From assembly GCA_965224085.1 (NCBI GenBank), contig CBDCYI010000009.1:320001-384000 (forward strand): a stretch of 64,000 nt of DNA. Direction: 5' to 3'. Position numbers and translations under genes: made by a program. Shown in pieces: positions 1-10,977 of the stretch. Position 1 is the stretch's first letter, and each line of letters starts with the position of its first letter. The notes under the pieces were generated by a model. It saw only the letters and a list, made by a program, of their open reading frames with translations, was not told the DNA's origin and did not search any database. Origin of the DNA: Candidatus Marinacidobacterales bacterium. GTDB taxonomy: Bacteria; Acidobacteriota; Vicinamibacteria; Marinacidobacterales; SMYC01.

Positions 1-2
1 AT

Positions 3-638
3 AAGGCGCGCGAGTTCGGCGAGTCGATGAAAAACCCCGAAGAGCGTACGGAACGGGCCCTCTCCGCATTGGGCGCGAGCGAGCTGCCGGACGGCTACTA
101 CGCTGTCGTCGCCTTTTCGGTTCCGTTCGTTTTCGACTTCGCCATGCTCTCGGACGAGCCGCCAAAAGAAGACGGCGAGCCTTCGACGGGCGAACACGGG
201 TTCATTTTCGTTTCCTTTCCAGCAATTGGAGAAGGCGACGAAGAGCTCTATGACTTCTTCGAGGGCCGGAGCGAAGACGTCACCTCTCTGCGCCGCGAGA
301 ATCTGGACCTGGACCTAGACGAGCGGCTCGACCTAGGACGCCTCGAGCGCGACACGGACGACATCCTTTGGGTAACCCATCGCGGACGCGTCAGTACCGA
401 TCAGGTCGGCACAGGCACCGATCAAGTCGACGACTCTCACGAAGGCCTCGTGACGCTGACGCTATTCGAGTGCGACGACGACCGGCGTCGTCTCGGCATC
501 TGGTTCGGTCCCGACTCGTCCCCCGAGACCCGCGCCGAAGATCTCGACTTGCGTGGTACCGTCGGTGACCCGGCTGAGATCGGCGCTTTCATGGCGACGA
601 TGGAGCCCTGCTCCAAGAAACGCGCCGCAAAGATGTAG
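3..638 (+). CDS. hypothetical protein, probably 5'-partial
   Basis: Frame is open from the window edge (KAREFGES-MKNPEER...) to TAG 638; acidic, protein-like composition; no family recognised. Confidence 0.7.
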   Translation, partial: KAREFGESMKNPEERTERALSALGASELPDGYYAVVAFSVPFVFDFAMLSDEPPKEDGEPSTGEHGFIFVSFPAIGEGDEELYDFFEGRSEDVTSLRRENLDLDLDERLDLGRLERDTDDILWVTHRGRVSTDQVGTGTDQVDDSHEGLVTLTLFECDDDRRRLGIWFGPDSSPETRAEDLDLRGTVGDPAEIGAFMATMEPCSKKRAAKM

Positions 639-662
639 GGCGCTGAGGATGACGCTTCCGCC

Positions 663-3626
663 GTGACGAAAATCGAGTTCCCGATCGAGGGCCAGCCGTC
701 GGTAGAGCGCTTCCACGGGTTCCAGCGCCTCATCCAGAAGCGCGTTCAAGATGTCCTTCTCGTCTCAACTCTCTACGACTACTACATCCTCTCCCAAGAC
801 GGACGTCTCAACGAGCAGTTCCTCGGGGAGTTCCTCGAGCTCAATCTACGCCACACACCGAACATCACGCACGTCTTCTCCGGACAAGAGGCGCTAGACC
901 ACGCGTCCGAACAGCAGCGGTACAACCTCATCATCACCTCGATCGAGCTCGGGGACATGAACGTGCTCCGGCTAATCGAAGAGCTCCGCGCGCGCGGCAT
1001 CAAGACGCCGGTGATTCTTCTCGCTTATGACCGCCGTGAGCTCTCACAGTTCATCGAGAAGAACGACATCTCGACGATCGAGCGCGTCTTCCTATGGCAA
1101 GGCGACGTCCGCATCCTTCTCGCCATCGTGAAGTACATGGAAGACCGGATGAACGTCGCCGACGACACCGGCGTCGCGGGCGTCCCAGCGATCGTTCTCG
1201 TCGAGGACAACATCCGCTACTACTCTTCCTTTCTGCCGGTCATCTACACCGAGCTGGTCAAACATTCTCAGAGCCTCATGCCGGAGAGCTTGAACCTTTC
1301 CGACAGGCTCATGCGCATCCGCGCGCGGCCCAAGATCCTCTTGAGCGACCACTACGAAGAAGCCTGGGAACATTTCAGCCGCTACTCAGACGAGATCCTG
1401 GGGATCATTTCCGACATCCAGTTCCCAAAGGACGGCCAGCGCTGTCGGGATGCCGGAGTTCGGCTCGCCAAGGCGGTGCGCGCTATCCGGCCCGACGTGC
1501 CCATCATGCTGCAATCGAGCCACCAGGAGAACGCGGCGAAGGCCGAGGGTGTCGGCGCCTCGTTTCTGCTAAAGGGCTCGCCGCAGCTCCTACGGCAAGT
1601 TCGCCGCTTCATGGTAGAGAGCCTCCGTATCGGGGATTTCGTTTTCCGGCTTCCCAATGGCACGGAACTCGGCCGCGCCTCGGACTTGAAGACGCTCGCG
1701 CATATGCTCGAAACAGTGCCAGCCGAAAGCCTCGCCTATCACGGCGAACGCAACGACTTTTCCACTTGGCTCAAGGCCCGCACCGAATTCGACCTTGCAA
1801 AAAAGCTGCGGCCTCGTAAAGTGTCGGATTTCGCGACGCTCGAGCAGCTCCGCGGCACCGTGGTCCGCGCCATCGCCGAGCACCGTAAAGAGCGCAACCG
1901 AGGCCTTGTCGTCGATTTCGACCGCAGTACGTTCGACGCCTCTGCAAGCTTTTATCGCATCGGCGGTGGATCCCTCGGCGGCAAAGCGCGCGGTATCGCC
2001 TTCGTGAACAATCTACTCAACCAGAACCACATCGACCGCCATTTCCCGGGCGTCGCCATCCACGTCCCCACCACCGTGGTCATTGGAACGGAAGTCTTCG
2101 ACCGGTTCATCGAGGATAACGATTTCTGGGCCTTCGCGAGTGAGAGCGATGACGACCCCGAGATCGAGCGTCGCTTCCAGAAAGCGTCGTTTCCGCGCGA
2201 GCTTCGGAAGGATCTCAAAGTGTTTCTCGACCGTGCCCACTATCCCCTCGCGGTACGCTCGTCGAGTCTTCTGGAGGATTCGCCCTACGACCCTTTCGCC
2301 GGCGTTTACGAAACATACATGGTTCCCAACAACCATCCGTCGCTCGATGTGCGCCTCGAGCAATTGATGACCGCGGTGAAGCGCGTCTACGCCTCGACCT
2401 TTTCCTCACGCGCCAAGACGTTTCTGGACGCGACGCAACATCGGCTCGAAGAGGAGAAGATGGCCGTGATCATTCAAAAGGTCATCGGCACCGCGCACGG
2501 TAATCGCTTTTATCCGGATATCTCGGGTGCGGCACGATCGCACAACTTCTACCCGACACCTCCCGCGAAAGGAGAAGACGGGATCGCCGCCGTCGCGCTC
2601 GGGCTCGGGAAGACCGTCGAGGAAGGCGGTTCCTGTGTGCGATTCAGCCCCAAATATCCACGCCACGTGCCAATGAGCCTCCCCGACGACATCGAGACGT
2701 CGCAGCATAGCTTTTACGCGGTCGAGCTAACGCGAGACGGTCGAGGCGACGTCGTTGCGGACCTCGTGCAGTGGGGTCTCGACGCTGCGGAAGAGGACGG
2801 GACGCTCGCCCAAGTCGCGTCGACCTATTCGGCGGAGAACGATGTTCTCTATGACGGCGTATCCCGCGATGGCGTAAGAGTCGTGACCTTCGCGCCGGTC
2901 TTGAAACACGACTTGTTCCCCCTCGCCGAGATTCTCGACGCGCTCCTCGAGATAGGTGAGGTAGGCACGCGCGGCTCGGTGGAGCTCGAGTTCGCCGTCA
3001 ACCTCACGCCGACACGAGACGGGGAGCGCGAGTTCGGTTTCCTTCAGCTGCGCCCGCTCGCGCTAGCGCAGGAGCTCGAGGACATCGATCTCGGAAGCAC
3101 CACCGAATCCACGCTCATCTGCCACAGCAAGAGCGTCCTCGGTCACGGGCACCTCGAAGAGCTGAAGGATATCGTCGTCGTGGACTACCACCGCTTCGAG
3201 CGCAAAGACAGCCGCCACGCGGCTGAGATCGTCGCCCAGCTGAACGCAGCCCTCCAAGCCGAGGGCCGGCCTTATATTCTCATCGGCGTGGGCCGCTGGG
3301 GATCGCGCGAGCCTTATCTCGGCATCCCGGTGACGTGGAGCCAAGTGGCGGGCGCAAGGGTCATCGTCGAGGCGGGGTTCCGCGACTTCCGGGTCACGCC
3401 TTCCCAGGGGACTCACTTTTTTCAGAATCTCATTTCAAACAGCGTGGGTTATTTCACCGTGAACCCGGAGGAAACAGGCGGGCTCCTCGACTGGGATTGG
3501 CTAGCGCAACTTCCCGCGAGCTACGAGGACGGATCGGTCCGCCACCTCCGCCTGGATGCGCCAGCGGTTGTGAAGATGAACGGCAAACGACACGAAGGGA
3601 TCATCCTCAAGCCGGAAAGGACGTGA
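663..3626 (+). CDS. response-regulator receiver + PEP synthase/pyruvate phosphate dikinase N-terminal (PPDK_N) domain protein
   Basis: 987 aa; receiver-like N-half (IVLVEDNIRYYS, GIISDIQFP); PPDK_N motifs GGGSLGGKARG, PLAVRSSSLLED...FAGVYET, ELEFAV, LQLRPL. Confidence 0.9.
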   Translation: MTKIEFPIEGQPSVERFHGFQRLIQKRVQDVLLVSTLYDYYILSQDGRLNEQFLGEFLELNLRHTPNITHVFSGQEALDHASEQQRYNLIITSIELGDMNVLRLIEELRARGIKTPVILLAYDRRELSQFIEKNDISTIERVFLWQGDVRILLAIVKYMEDRMNVADDTGVAGVPAIVLVEDNIRYYSSFLPVIYTELVKHSQSLMPESLNLSDRLMRIRARPKILLSDHYEEAWEHFSRYSDEILGIISDIQFPKDGQRCRDAGVRLAKAVRAIRPDVPIMLQSSHQENAAKAEGVGASFLLKGSPQLLRQVRRFMVESLRIGDFVFRLPNGTELGRASDLKTLAHMLETVPAESLAYHGERNDFSTWLKARTEFDLAKKLRPRKVSDFATLEQLRGTVVRAIAEHRKERNRGLVVDFDRSTFDASASFYRIGGGSLGGKARGIAFVNNLLNQNHIDRHFPGVAIHVPTTVVIGTEVFDRFIEDNDFWAFASESDDDPEIERRFQKASFPRELRKDLKVFLDRAHYPLAVRSSSLLEDSPYDPFAGVYETYMVPNNHPSLDVRLEQLMTAVKRVYASTFSSRAKTFLDATQHRLEEEKMAVIIQKVIGTAHGNRFYPDISGAARSHNFYPTPPAKGEDGIAAVALGLGKTVEEGGSCVRFSPKYPRHVPMSLPDDIETSQHSFYAVELTRDGRGDVVADLVQWGLDAAEEDGTLAQVASTYSAENDVLYDGVSRDGVRVVTFAPVLKHDLFPLAEILDALLEIGEVGTRGSVELEFAVNLTPTRDGEREFGFLQLRPLALAQELEDIDLGSTTESTLICHSKSVLGHGHLEELKDIVVVDYHRFERKDSRHAAEIVAQLNAALQAEGRPYILIGVGRWGSREPYLGIPVTWSQVAGARVIVEAGFRDFRVTPSQGTHFFQNLISNSVGYFTVNPEETGGLLDWDWLAQLPASYEDGSVRHLRLDAPAVVKMNGKRHEGIILKPERT

Positions 3627-3675
3627 CGCGCTCTCAGGAGTCCGGCTCGTCCCGGTGATATAGTATCCGTCGCAC

Positions 3676-5961
3676 ATGAAGATCGCTTGCATTGGAGGCG
3701 GACCTGGCGGTCTCTACTTCGCGATTTCGGCCAAGCGCCGGAATCCCGCCCATGAAATCCACGTCTACGAGCGCAACCGCCCGGACGATACCTTCGGTTG
3801 GGGGGTCGTCTTCTCCGACCAAACCCTAGAAAATCTCCGCGACAACGACACGATCTCCGCGGAACGCATTTTCTCTGCGTTCCACCACTGGGACAACATC
3901 GACATTCACTTCAAAGGCGAGCGCATCCGCTCTGGCGGCCATGGTTTTGCGGGCTTGTCCCGCAAGAAGATGCTTCTCATCTTGCAGGAGCGCGCGCGAG
4001 AGCTCGGTGTCCACCTCCACTTCCAGATGGAGGTGAATTCTCTAGCCGATGTCGGCGAGCACGACTTGTTCATCGCTTGCGATGGGCTCAACAGCAAAAT
4101 CCGCGAGGAATATGCTGAGCATTTCGAGCCAGATATCGAACTGCGCAAGAACAAGTTTATCTGGCTCGGGACGCACAAGACCCTCGATGCGTTCACGTTC
4201 ATCTTCGAGAAAACGGAGCACGGCTGGGTTCAAGTGCACGGCTATCGCTTCGACGACGACACGAGTACCTTCATCATCGAGTGCACGGAGGAAACGTGGC
4301 GTGCTCTCGGGATCGACAAGATGTCGAAACCCGAGAGCAACCGCTTCTGCGAGAAGCTCTTCGCGGACTACCTCGACGGTCACGAGCTCATGGACAACGC
4401 GGCTCATTTGCCAGGCACTGCGTGGCTCACCTTTCCCCGCGTGAGCAACCGCAAGTGGTACCACGAGAACATCGTCCTTCTTGGGGATTCGGCTCATACA
4501 GCGCATTTTTCAATTGGCTCGGGCACGAAGCTCGCTCTCGAGGACGCGATCGAGCTCGCTGACCAGGTCGAGAGGCACGACGTGCTTCAGGACGCGCTCG
4601 AGGGCTACCAGAAAGCGCGCGAGCTCGACGTGCTCCGGCTCCAGAGTGCAGCGCGCAACAGCACCGAGTGGTTCGAGAACGTCGACCGTTACGCGCAGCT
4701 AGAGCCGCAACAGTTCGCCTACGCCCTTCTCACGCGAAGCCAGCGCGTGAGCCACGACAGCCTTCGCGCCCGCGACGCTCGGTGGATGGATCGTTTCGAG
4801 AGTTGGTTTGCGGAGAAAAGCGGCATCTCGACGGACGGACGCCTTATCCCGCCCATGTTCACTCCCTTCCGTTTGCGCGAGCTCACCATCGAGAACCGGG
4901 TCGTCGTTTCTCCTATGTGTATGTACAGCGCCGAAGACGGAGCGCCGTCCGATTTCCATCTCGTGCATCTGGGCGCGCGCGCCTTAGGCGGCGCCGGCCT
5001 CATCTATACAGAGATGACGAATGTCACTCGGGACGCGCGAATCAGCCCCGGCTGCACCGGTATGTATAAACTGGAGCACCTCGCTCAGTGGAAGCGCATC
5101 GTCGACATGGTGCATGACCATTCGAACGCCAAGATCGCGATGCAGCTCGGCCATGCCGGCCCCAAAGGCTCCACGAAGCTGATGTGGGACGGGATGGACG
5201 AGCCGCTCGACGAGGGAAACTGGCCGATCCTAGGTCCGTCGGCCACGCCGTATTCGAAAATCAATCAAGTCCCGAAAGCGATGACTCGCGACGATATGGA
5301 CCGCGTGATTTCGGAGTTCGAGAGCGCGACCCGGATGGCCGAAGAGGCCGGGTTCGACCTTCTGGAGATCCACGCGGCTCATGGCTATCTTTTGTCCGCG
5401 TTCATCACGCCGCTGTCGAACCGCCGCACGGACGCCTATGGCGGTGAGCTCACGAAGCGGCTGCGCTTCCCTCTCGAAGTGATCGCGGCGTGCCGCAAGG
5501 CGTGGCCAGCGAGAAAGCCGCTCTCGGTGCGCATCTCGGCGACCGATTGGGTGGATGGCGGTATCACGGCCGACGATGGTGTCGAGATCGCACGCGCCTT
5601 GAAAGCGGAGGCCGTCGACATCGTCAATGTTTCGGCTGGTCAGACGAGCCGGGACGCTCAGCCGGTATACGGGCGTATGTCCCAGACGCCGTTCAGCGAC
5701 AGAATACGCAACGAAGCCCACATTCCTACTCTCGCGGTTGGTAATATCTTCGAGCCGGACCACGTGAACAGCATCATCGGCGCCGGCCGCGCCGACCTTT
5801 GCTGCCTCGCCCGTCCGCATCTGGCCGACCCCTACTGGACGCTCCGCGCCGCGGCGCAACAAAAGGTGGACTGGGTCAAATGGCCAAAACAGTATACAGC
5901 CGGAAAAGAACAGCTCGAGCGTAACCTTGAGAAAACGCTCGGCATGGTCATCGACATATGA
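3676..5961 (+). CDS. abmA: bifunctional 2-aminobenzoyl-CoA monooxygenase/reductase (salicylyl-CoA 5-hydroxylase family)
   Basis: N-terminal FAD monooxygenase ([40 protein letters not shown]) fused to an old-yellow-enzyme domain ([19 protein letters not shown]). Confidence 0.93.
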   Translation: MKIACIGGGPGGLYFAISAKRRNPAHEIHVYERNRPDDTFGWGVVFSDQTLENLRDNDTISAERIFSAFHHWDNIDIHFKGERIRSGGHGFAGLSRKKMLLILQERARELGVHLHFQMEVNSLADVGEHDLFIACDGLNSKIREEYAEHFEPDIELRKNKFIWLGTHKTLDAFTFIFEKTEHGWVQVHGYRFDDDTSTFIIECTEETWRALGIDKMSKPESNRFCEKLFADYLDGHELMDNAAHLPGTAWLTFPRVSNRKWYHENIVLLGDSAHTAHFSIGSGTKLALEDAIELADQVERHDVLQDALEGYQKARELDVLRLQSAARNSTEWFENVDRYAQLEPQQFAYALLTRSQRVSHDSLRARDARWMDRFESWFAEKSGISTDGRLIPPMFTPFRLRELTIENRVVVSPMCMYSAEDGAPSDFHLVHLGARALGGAGLIYTEMTNVTRDARISPGCTGMYKLEHLAQWKRIVDMVHDHSNAKIAMQLGHAGPKGSTKLMWDGMDEPLDEGNWPILGPSATPYSKINQVPKAMTRDDMDRVISEFESATRMAEEAGFDLLEIHAAHGYLLSAFITPLSNRRTDAYGGELTKRLRFPLEVIAACRKAWPARKPLSVRISATDWVDGGITADDGVEIARALKAEAVDIVNVSAGQTSRDAQPVYGRMSQTPFSDRIRNEAHIPTLAVGNIFEPDHVNSIIGAGRADLCCLARPHLADPYWTLRAAAQQKVDWVKWPKQYTAGKEQLERNLEKTLGMVIDI

Positions 5962-5977
5962 GCGGAGCGACGACACC

Positions 5978-6787
5978 ATGAAGCTTTCCGAGCACAAGCC
6001 GAAGCATTTTCTTTGGAGCATGGACGGCGCCGTCGCTACGCTTATGCTCAACCGCCCCGAGCGCAAGAACCCATTGACTTTCGACGCCTATATCGAGATT
6101 AGGGATATCTTCCGAAACCTCGTCGACGCGGAAGACGTGGACGCGGTGGTCATCACCGGAGCCGGAGACAACTTCTGTTCCGGAGGAGACGTGCACGAGA
6201 TCATCGGCCCGCTCACGAAGATGGACATGAAGGGTCTCTTGCGTTTCACCCGACTGACCGGCGATCTCGTCAAAGCGATACGCGGCTGCCCTCAGCCTGT
6301 TATCTCCGCAATACAAGGCATCTGCGTGGGAGCTGGCGCCATCATTGCGATGGCCTCCGACATGCGACTCGCGACGCCGGAAAGCAAGACGGCCTTCTTG
6401 TTCACGAAAGTCGGCCTTGCGGGATGCGATATGGGGGCGTGCGCGATCCTTCCGCGGATCATCGGACAAGGCCGCGCGTCGGAGCTTCTCTTAACCGGCC
6501 GAAACATGAGCGCCGACGAAGGTGAGCGCTGGGGCTTCTACAACCGCCTCGCTGCACCGGGCGAGCTTTTGAGCGAAGCCCAGGCGCTGGCGGCAAAGCT
6601 CGCCGCGGGGCCGAACTTCGCTCACATGATGACGAAGACCCAGCTCGACAAAGAATGGGCGATGACCCTCGACGCTGCTATCGAGGCGGAAGCCCAAGCA
6701 CAGGCGATTTGCATGCAGACGCGGGATTTCGAGCGCGCCTACGAGGCTTTTGCGGCTAGACAGAAACCGGTTTTCGAAGGGGACTGA
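5978..6787 (+). CDS. enoyl-CoA hydratase family protein
   Basis: [31 protein letters not shown]; ATG 5978 preceded by GGAG; abm operon context. Confidence 0.92.
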   Translation: MKLSEHKPKHFLWSMDGAVATLMLNRPERKNPLTFDAYIEIRDIFRNLVDAEDVDAVVITGAGDNFCSGGDVHEIIGPLTKMDMKGLLRFTRLTGDLVKAIRGCPQPVISAIQGICVGAGAIIAMASDMRLATPESKTAFLFTKVGLAGCDMGACAILPRIIGQGRASELLLTGRNMSADEGERWGFYNRLAAPGELLSEAQALAAKLAAGPNFAHMMTKTQLDKEWAMTLDAAIEAEAQAQAICMQTRDFERAYEAFAARQKPVFEGD

Positions 6788-6789
6788 AG

Positions 6790-7135
6790 TTGCGGCCCGA
6801 TTTCCTGGCTTGGCCGTTTTTCGAGGACCGGCACCGATATGCTCACCGCGATCGACGCGGCCGCACTTCTCGTCTATCGCGCCGCATGGACGAAGGACCA
6901 AGGCGCTGAGCGCGTCACCAAGGAATCTGCGATGGCCAAGATGTACGGAACTGAAGCGGCGCAGCGAGTCGTCGATGACGCCGTGCAGCTCTTCGGCGCC
7001 GAGGGCGTCGTCAAAGGAAGCGTCGTCGAACGCCTCTACCGCGAAGTCCGCGCACTCCGGATATACGAAGGCACGACCGAGATTCAAAAGCTCATCCTTG
7101 CACGACATATCCGCCAGGAATACGAGAATGCGTGA
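6790..7135 (+). pseudogene. acyl-CoA dehydrogenase with large internal deletion
   Basis: N-terminal [16 protein letters not shown] joined out of frame near 6835 to the C-terminal ...[22 protein letters not shown]...[20 protein letters not shown]. Confidence 0.85.
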
Positions 7136-8762
7136 GGCACCTACTGGCAAGACGGCGCATGTCGATACGTTTGTTCGCGATCGTTTACCCAAGCCGGAGC
7201 ACTGGCCGACGCTTCTCTACGATTTGTCCGTGCTCGACTACGCCCCCCAGACGAACGTCGTCACCGAGCTTCTCGACAGCCAAGTCGCTGCGGGCCGCGG
7301 GGGCCGACCCGTGCTGCGGATGGAGTCCGGGGATTGGACCTATGCGGAGCTCAGAGACAAAGCAAATCGCCTCGCGCGGGTGTTGACGGAAGATTTCGGC
7401 CTCGTTCCGGGCGGACGGGTTCTGCTGCGGGCGCCCAACAACCCGATGATGGTCGCCTGCTGGATGGCCGTGGCGAAAGCGGGCGGCGTCGTCGTCGCCA
7501 CCATGCCTCTTTTGAGGAGCCGCGAGCTCAGCGTCATTGCCAACAAAGCCAATGTAGAGCTTGCTCTTTGCGACGAGCGCCTAATGGAGGAGATGGAGTC
7601 CGCTTACGAAAGCGACTGCCCTTTGGAAATGCTACTCACGTTCGAAGATGCCGAGCGCCTCGCGGACGCGAAGCCTGCTGAGTTCGAAAACGTCGCGACG
7701 GCCATCGACGATCCCGTGCTCATCGCCTTTACGTCGGGCACGACCGGCGTCCCGAAAGGCTGCGTCCACTTTCACCGGGACCTCTTGGCCTCCGCGGACA
7801 CTTTTTTCAAGGGGACGCTCCCTTGCGACGCCACCGACGTTTTCACTGGCTCACCGCCGGTGGCGTTCACATTCGGGCTCGGGATGCACGCCGTCTTTCC
7901 GATGCGCGCGGGCGCGAGCACCGCGCTCGTTGAGAAACCGACCCCCGAAGCCATTCTCGAAGCTTGCCAGCGGCACGGCATCACGGTGCTCTCGACCGCG
8001 CCCACGGCCTATCGCGCCATGACGCCGCTCGTCGAACGCTACGACGTCTCGTCCCTCCGGCACTGCATCTCCGCCGGCGAGACCCTTCCCCTGCCCACGG
8101 CCGAAGCGTGGCGCGAAGCGACGGGGCTTCGCATCATCGACGGCATCGGCGCCACCGAAATGTTCCACATCTTCATCAGCGCAGCGGGAGAAGACATCCG
8201 CCCCGGCGCCACTGGAAAGCCCGTCTGCGGCTACGAGGCGAAAGTCTTCGACGACGAGATGAATGAAGTGCCGCCGGACACCGTGGGACGGCTTGCCGTG
8301 CGCGGTCCCACAGGCTGCCGCTACTTGGACGACGAGCGCCAAACGAGCTATGTCCGGAATGGCTGGAATTTTAGTGGCGACGCCTACCTCGTCGACGAAG
8401 ACGGCTATTTCTGGTTTCAGGCGCGCGCGGACGACATGATCATCTCCGCCGGCTACAACATCTCCAGACCCGAGGTCGAGGAAGCTCTTCTCGCGCACGA
8501 GACCGTCGCCGATTGTGCCTGCGTCGCATCCCCTGATGACGAGCGCGGAAGTATCGTGAAAGCTTTCGTCGTCCTGAACCCATCGCGAAAGGGCGATGCC
8601 GCGCTGGCCGCGACGCTTCAAAGCTTCGTCAAAGAGCGCATCGCACCCTACAAGTATCCGCGCGCGATTACGTTCGTCGACGCGCTCCCGCGAACGGAGA
8701 CAGGAAAAGTGCAACGTTTCAAGCTCCGCCAAGCGGAGCTAAAACAAAAGAAGGAGTCATGA
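7128..8762 (+). CDS. abmG: 2-aminobenzoate-CoA ligase (benzoate-CoA ligase family)
   Basis: [14 protein letters not shown]-terminus; AMP-binding [36 protein letters not shown]; ATG overlaps the preceding stop region. Confidence 0.9.
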   Translation: MREAPTGKTAHVDTFVRDRLPKPEHWPTLLYDLSVLDYAPQTNVVTELLDSQVAAGRGGRPVLRMESGDWTYAELRDKANRLARVLTEDFGLVPGGRVLLRAPNNPMMVACWMAVAKAGGVVVATMPLLRSRELSVIANKANVELALCDERLMEEMESAYESDCPLEMLLTFEDAERLADAKPAEFENVATAIDDPVLIAFTSGTTGVPKGCVHFHRDLLASADTFFKGTLPCDATDVFTGSPPVAFTFGLGMHAVFPMRAGASTALVEKPTPEAILEACQRHGITVLSTAPTAYRAMTPLVERYDVSSLRHCISAGETLPLPTAEAWREATGLRIIDGIGATEMFHIFISAAGEDIRPGATGKPVCGYEAKVFDDEMNEVPPDTVGRLAVRGPTGCRYLDDERQTSYVRNGWNFSGDAYLVDEDGYFWFQARADDMIISAGYNISRPEVEEALLAHETVADCACVASPDDERGSIVKAFVVLNPSRKGDAALAATLQSFVKERIAPYKYPRAITFVDALPRTETGKVQRFKLRQAELKQKKES

Positions 8763-9160
8763 CCGAGCACCGGTCCTTGACGCCTCCCGGATGGTCGCGT
8801 GGCAAAGGCTACTCCCACGGCGTCGTCGCCGAAGGTCGGATGGTGCTCGTCTCCGGCCAAGTGGGCTGGGACGAGAACGAGAGCTTAGCCAGCTCGGACT
8901 TTACGGCTCAGTTGCGACAGGCGCTCTTGAACACGAAGGCGATCCTTGCCGAAGCCGGCGCCGGCCCAGAGCACGTTGTCCGCATGACGTGGTTCATCGT
9001 GGACAAGCAGGAATATCTCTCGAGCCTCAAAGAAGTCGGCGCGGCCTACCGTGAGGTGATGGGCAAGAACTATCCCGCCATGGCGGTCGTCGAGGTCAAA
9101 GGCTTGGTCGAGGACGGTGCGCGCCTGGAGATCGAAACGACCGCGGTCATCACGAAATAG
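8759..9160 (+). CDS. RidA/YjgF family enamine deaminase
   Basis: GYSHGV, VSGQVGWD, YPAMAVVEVKGL, LEIETTA; ATGA overlap with the ligase. Confidence 0.92.
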   Translation: MTEHRSLTPPGWSRGKGYSHGVVAEGRMVLVSGQVGWDENESLASSDFTAQLRQALLNTKAILAEAGAGPEHVVRMTWFIVDKQEYLSSLKEVGAAYREVMGKNYPAMAVVEVKGLVEDGARLEIETTAVITK

Positions 9161-9177
9161 CGGCGTCCGTTTAGGCG

Positions 9178-10534
9178 TCAGCGCTTCCAATCCGGAGCGA
9201 TCAGTCGGCGCTTGCCGCGCGCCTCGCGGTCCCAAAGCTTGCACGTAACCCGCTTGTGTTTCTGGTCGAGAGCCTCGCAGTAGTTGGTGAACTTACAGCG
9301 GCGGACCGTCTCCCCCCGCCCCATGAGCACCTTTAGAAACCAATCCGGATCCGCGAGGGATTGGCGCGCAGCGGCCACGATGTCGGCTTCTCTCTGCTCC
9401 AGAATCCGCTCGGCGAGCTCGAAGGTCCCGATGCCTCCCGAAGTCACGATGGGCGTCGTTAGGCCGGCCTCCGTGAGTGCTGCTTTGATCGTCGCGGCGA
9501 GAGATACATTGCGTCCGAACGGACCTGTCGCGTCGGAGTACACCGTCGGCATGCATTCGTAGCCGCTGCGACCTGTGTACGGATAGACGGCCCAACCGAC
9601 CGCAGGCTGCTTCGCGTCCTCGAACTTCCCTCCTTTGGAGACCGAGATGTAATCCATCCCGGCGCGTCCGAGCTCGAGAGCAAAATACGTCGCGTCATCG
9701 AGCTCACTCCCTCCTTCGATAACTTCGTCGCCGAGGATGCGGCATCCGACGACGTATGCGTCACCGACGCGCTGACGCACGGCCTCATAGGCTTCAACCG
9801 GAAGGCGGATGCGATGCTCACGCGATCCGCCGTATCCGTCGTCGCGGCGATTTTGCTTCGAGAGGAACGACGCCATCGTGTAAGCATGGGCGTAGTGCAG
9901 CTCGACACCGTCGAACCCCGCTTCGCGGGCTCGCGCCGCGGCGCAAGTCGTCAAGCTCGCGCGGGGTCAGGGTTTTGTCGAGCTCGTCGTCCGTACAACG
10001 CAAAAGTCGATCGCGCAGATCCGACTCCGAGGCGTCTTTCCAGCTTGGGTCTTCGAGGACTTCGGACAATTTCTCGCGATGCTCTGCGCGAATCTCTAGA
10101 AAACGCCGAAAAAACTTCTCCGCCGGTGGCCTTCTTTTGACCGAAAGAAAGTCGATGATCTGGATGAAGAGCCGAGTCTGGCCTTCACTCGCGGCCCGGA
10201 CGGTCTCGACAAGCTCGCGCAATCCAGGAACAAAGCGATCGTGTCCGATCCGGAGGAGCGGCCCGCTTCGGATATCGCGGATACCCGTCGCCTCGACAAC
10301 GATCGCACCCGGTTGGCCGCGCGCAAACCGCTCGTACCAGTCGAGGACCTCTCGAGTAACGAAGCCTTCCTCGGTCGCCCGCCAGGGCACCATGGCGGGC
10401 ACCCATGTCCGATGACGGAGTTCGTTCGGTCCGATACGGATGGAGCTGAATAGCGCCGCACCACGGGCTTCGTCCGCGCTCGGCCACGTCGTCTCGGGTA
10501 GTGGATGGCGGATGCGCTCGGGCGGTGTCCACAT
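9178..10534 (-). pseudogene. NADH:flavin oxidoreductase (OYE family), frameshifted or internally deleted
   Basis: N-part (WVPAMVPWRATEEG, IVVEATGI) and C-part (AGFDGVELHYAHAYTMASFLS, ARQSLADPDW, CKFTNYC) are in different frames, joined near 9945. Confidence 0.85.
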
Positions 10535-10559
10535 GGTGTGTGCCCAAAGTGTACTATGT

Positions 10560-10869
10560 CGCGGGCCCAGTTCACGGGTTCGTCGACATCGCGAGCCAGT
10601 TGCAGTCGCTGAAGTACATTCTGGATATCGGCGTCGACCGGATCCAAGCACACGCTACTCCTATGGTGGAGCGGCTGCGGCTCGAGATGCCAGCGCTCGG
10701 GTACCCGACGATCACACCACCGGCGATGGGCACCCCGCTCGTCGCCTTCCAGGCCCCGAACCCCGAAGCGCTTCTGGCCAAGCTTCAATCCAAAGTAGAT
10801 ATTCTCCACAGACGAATCTTATCAGCCGCTTTTCGGATGCCCAAGCTTTCGTCATCGCTCGACTGTTGA
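10560..10869 (+). pseudogene. class V aminotransferase C-terminal remnant
   Basis: SLKYILDIGVDRIQAHATPMVERLRLEMPALGY resembles the C-lobe of class V PLP enzymes; no N-terminus; boundaries approximate. Confidence 0.5.
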
Positions 10870-10977
10870 ACCGCTACCCTATCGCCGCCGCGAAAAAGGA
10901 GCACGTGTTGAGCCATCGGCTGTCCGTGCTCGTCAACATTGGCATTATCGCGGCGATTTCGCTAAATTGCGCCAGCC

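Noticed and set aside
6750-7127. N-terminal extension of the CoA ligase shown in the ORF track
   Set aside because: Off-frame reading of the acyl-CoA dehydrogenase remnant; the real start is ATG 7128
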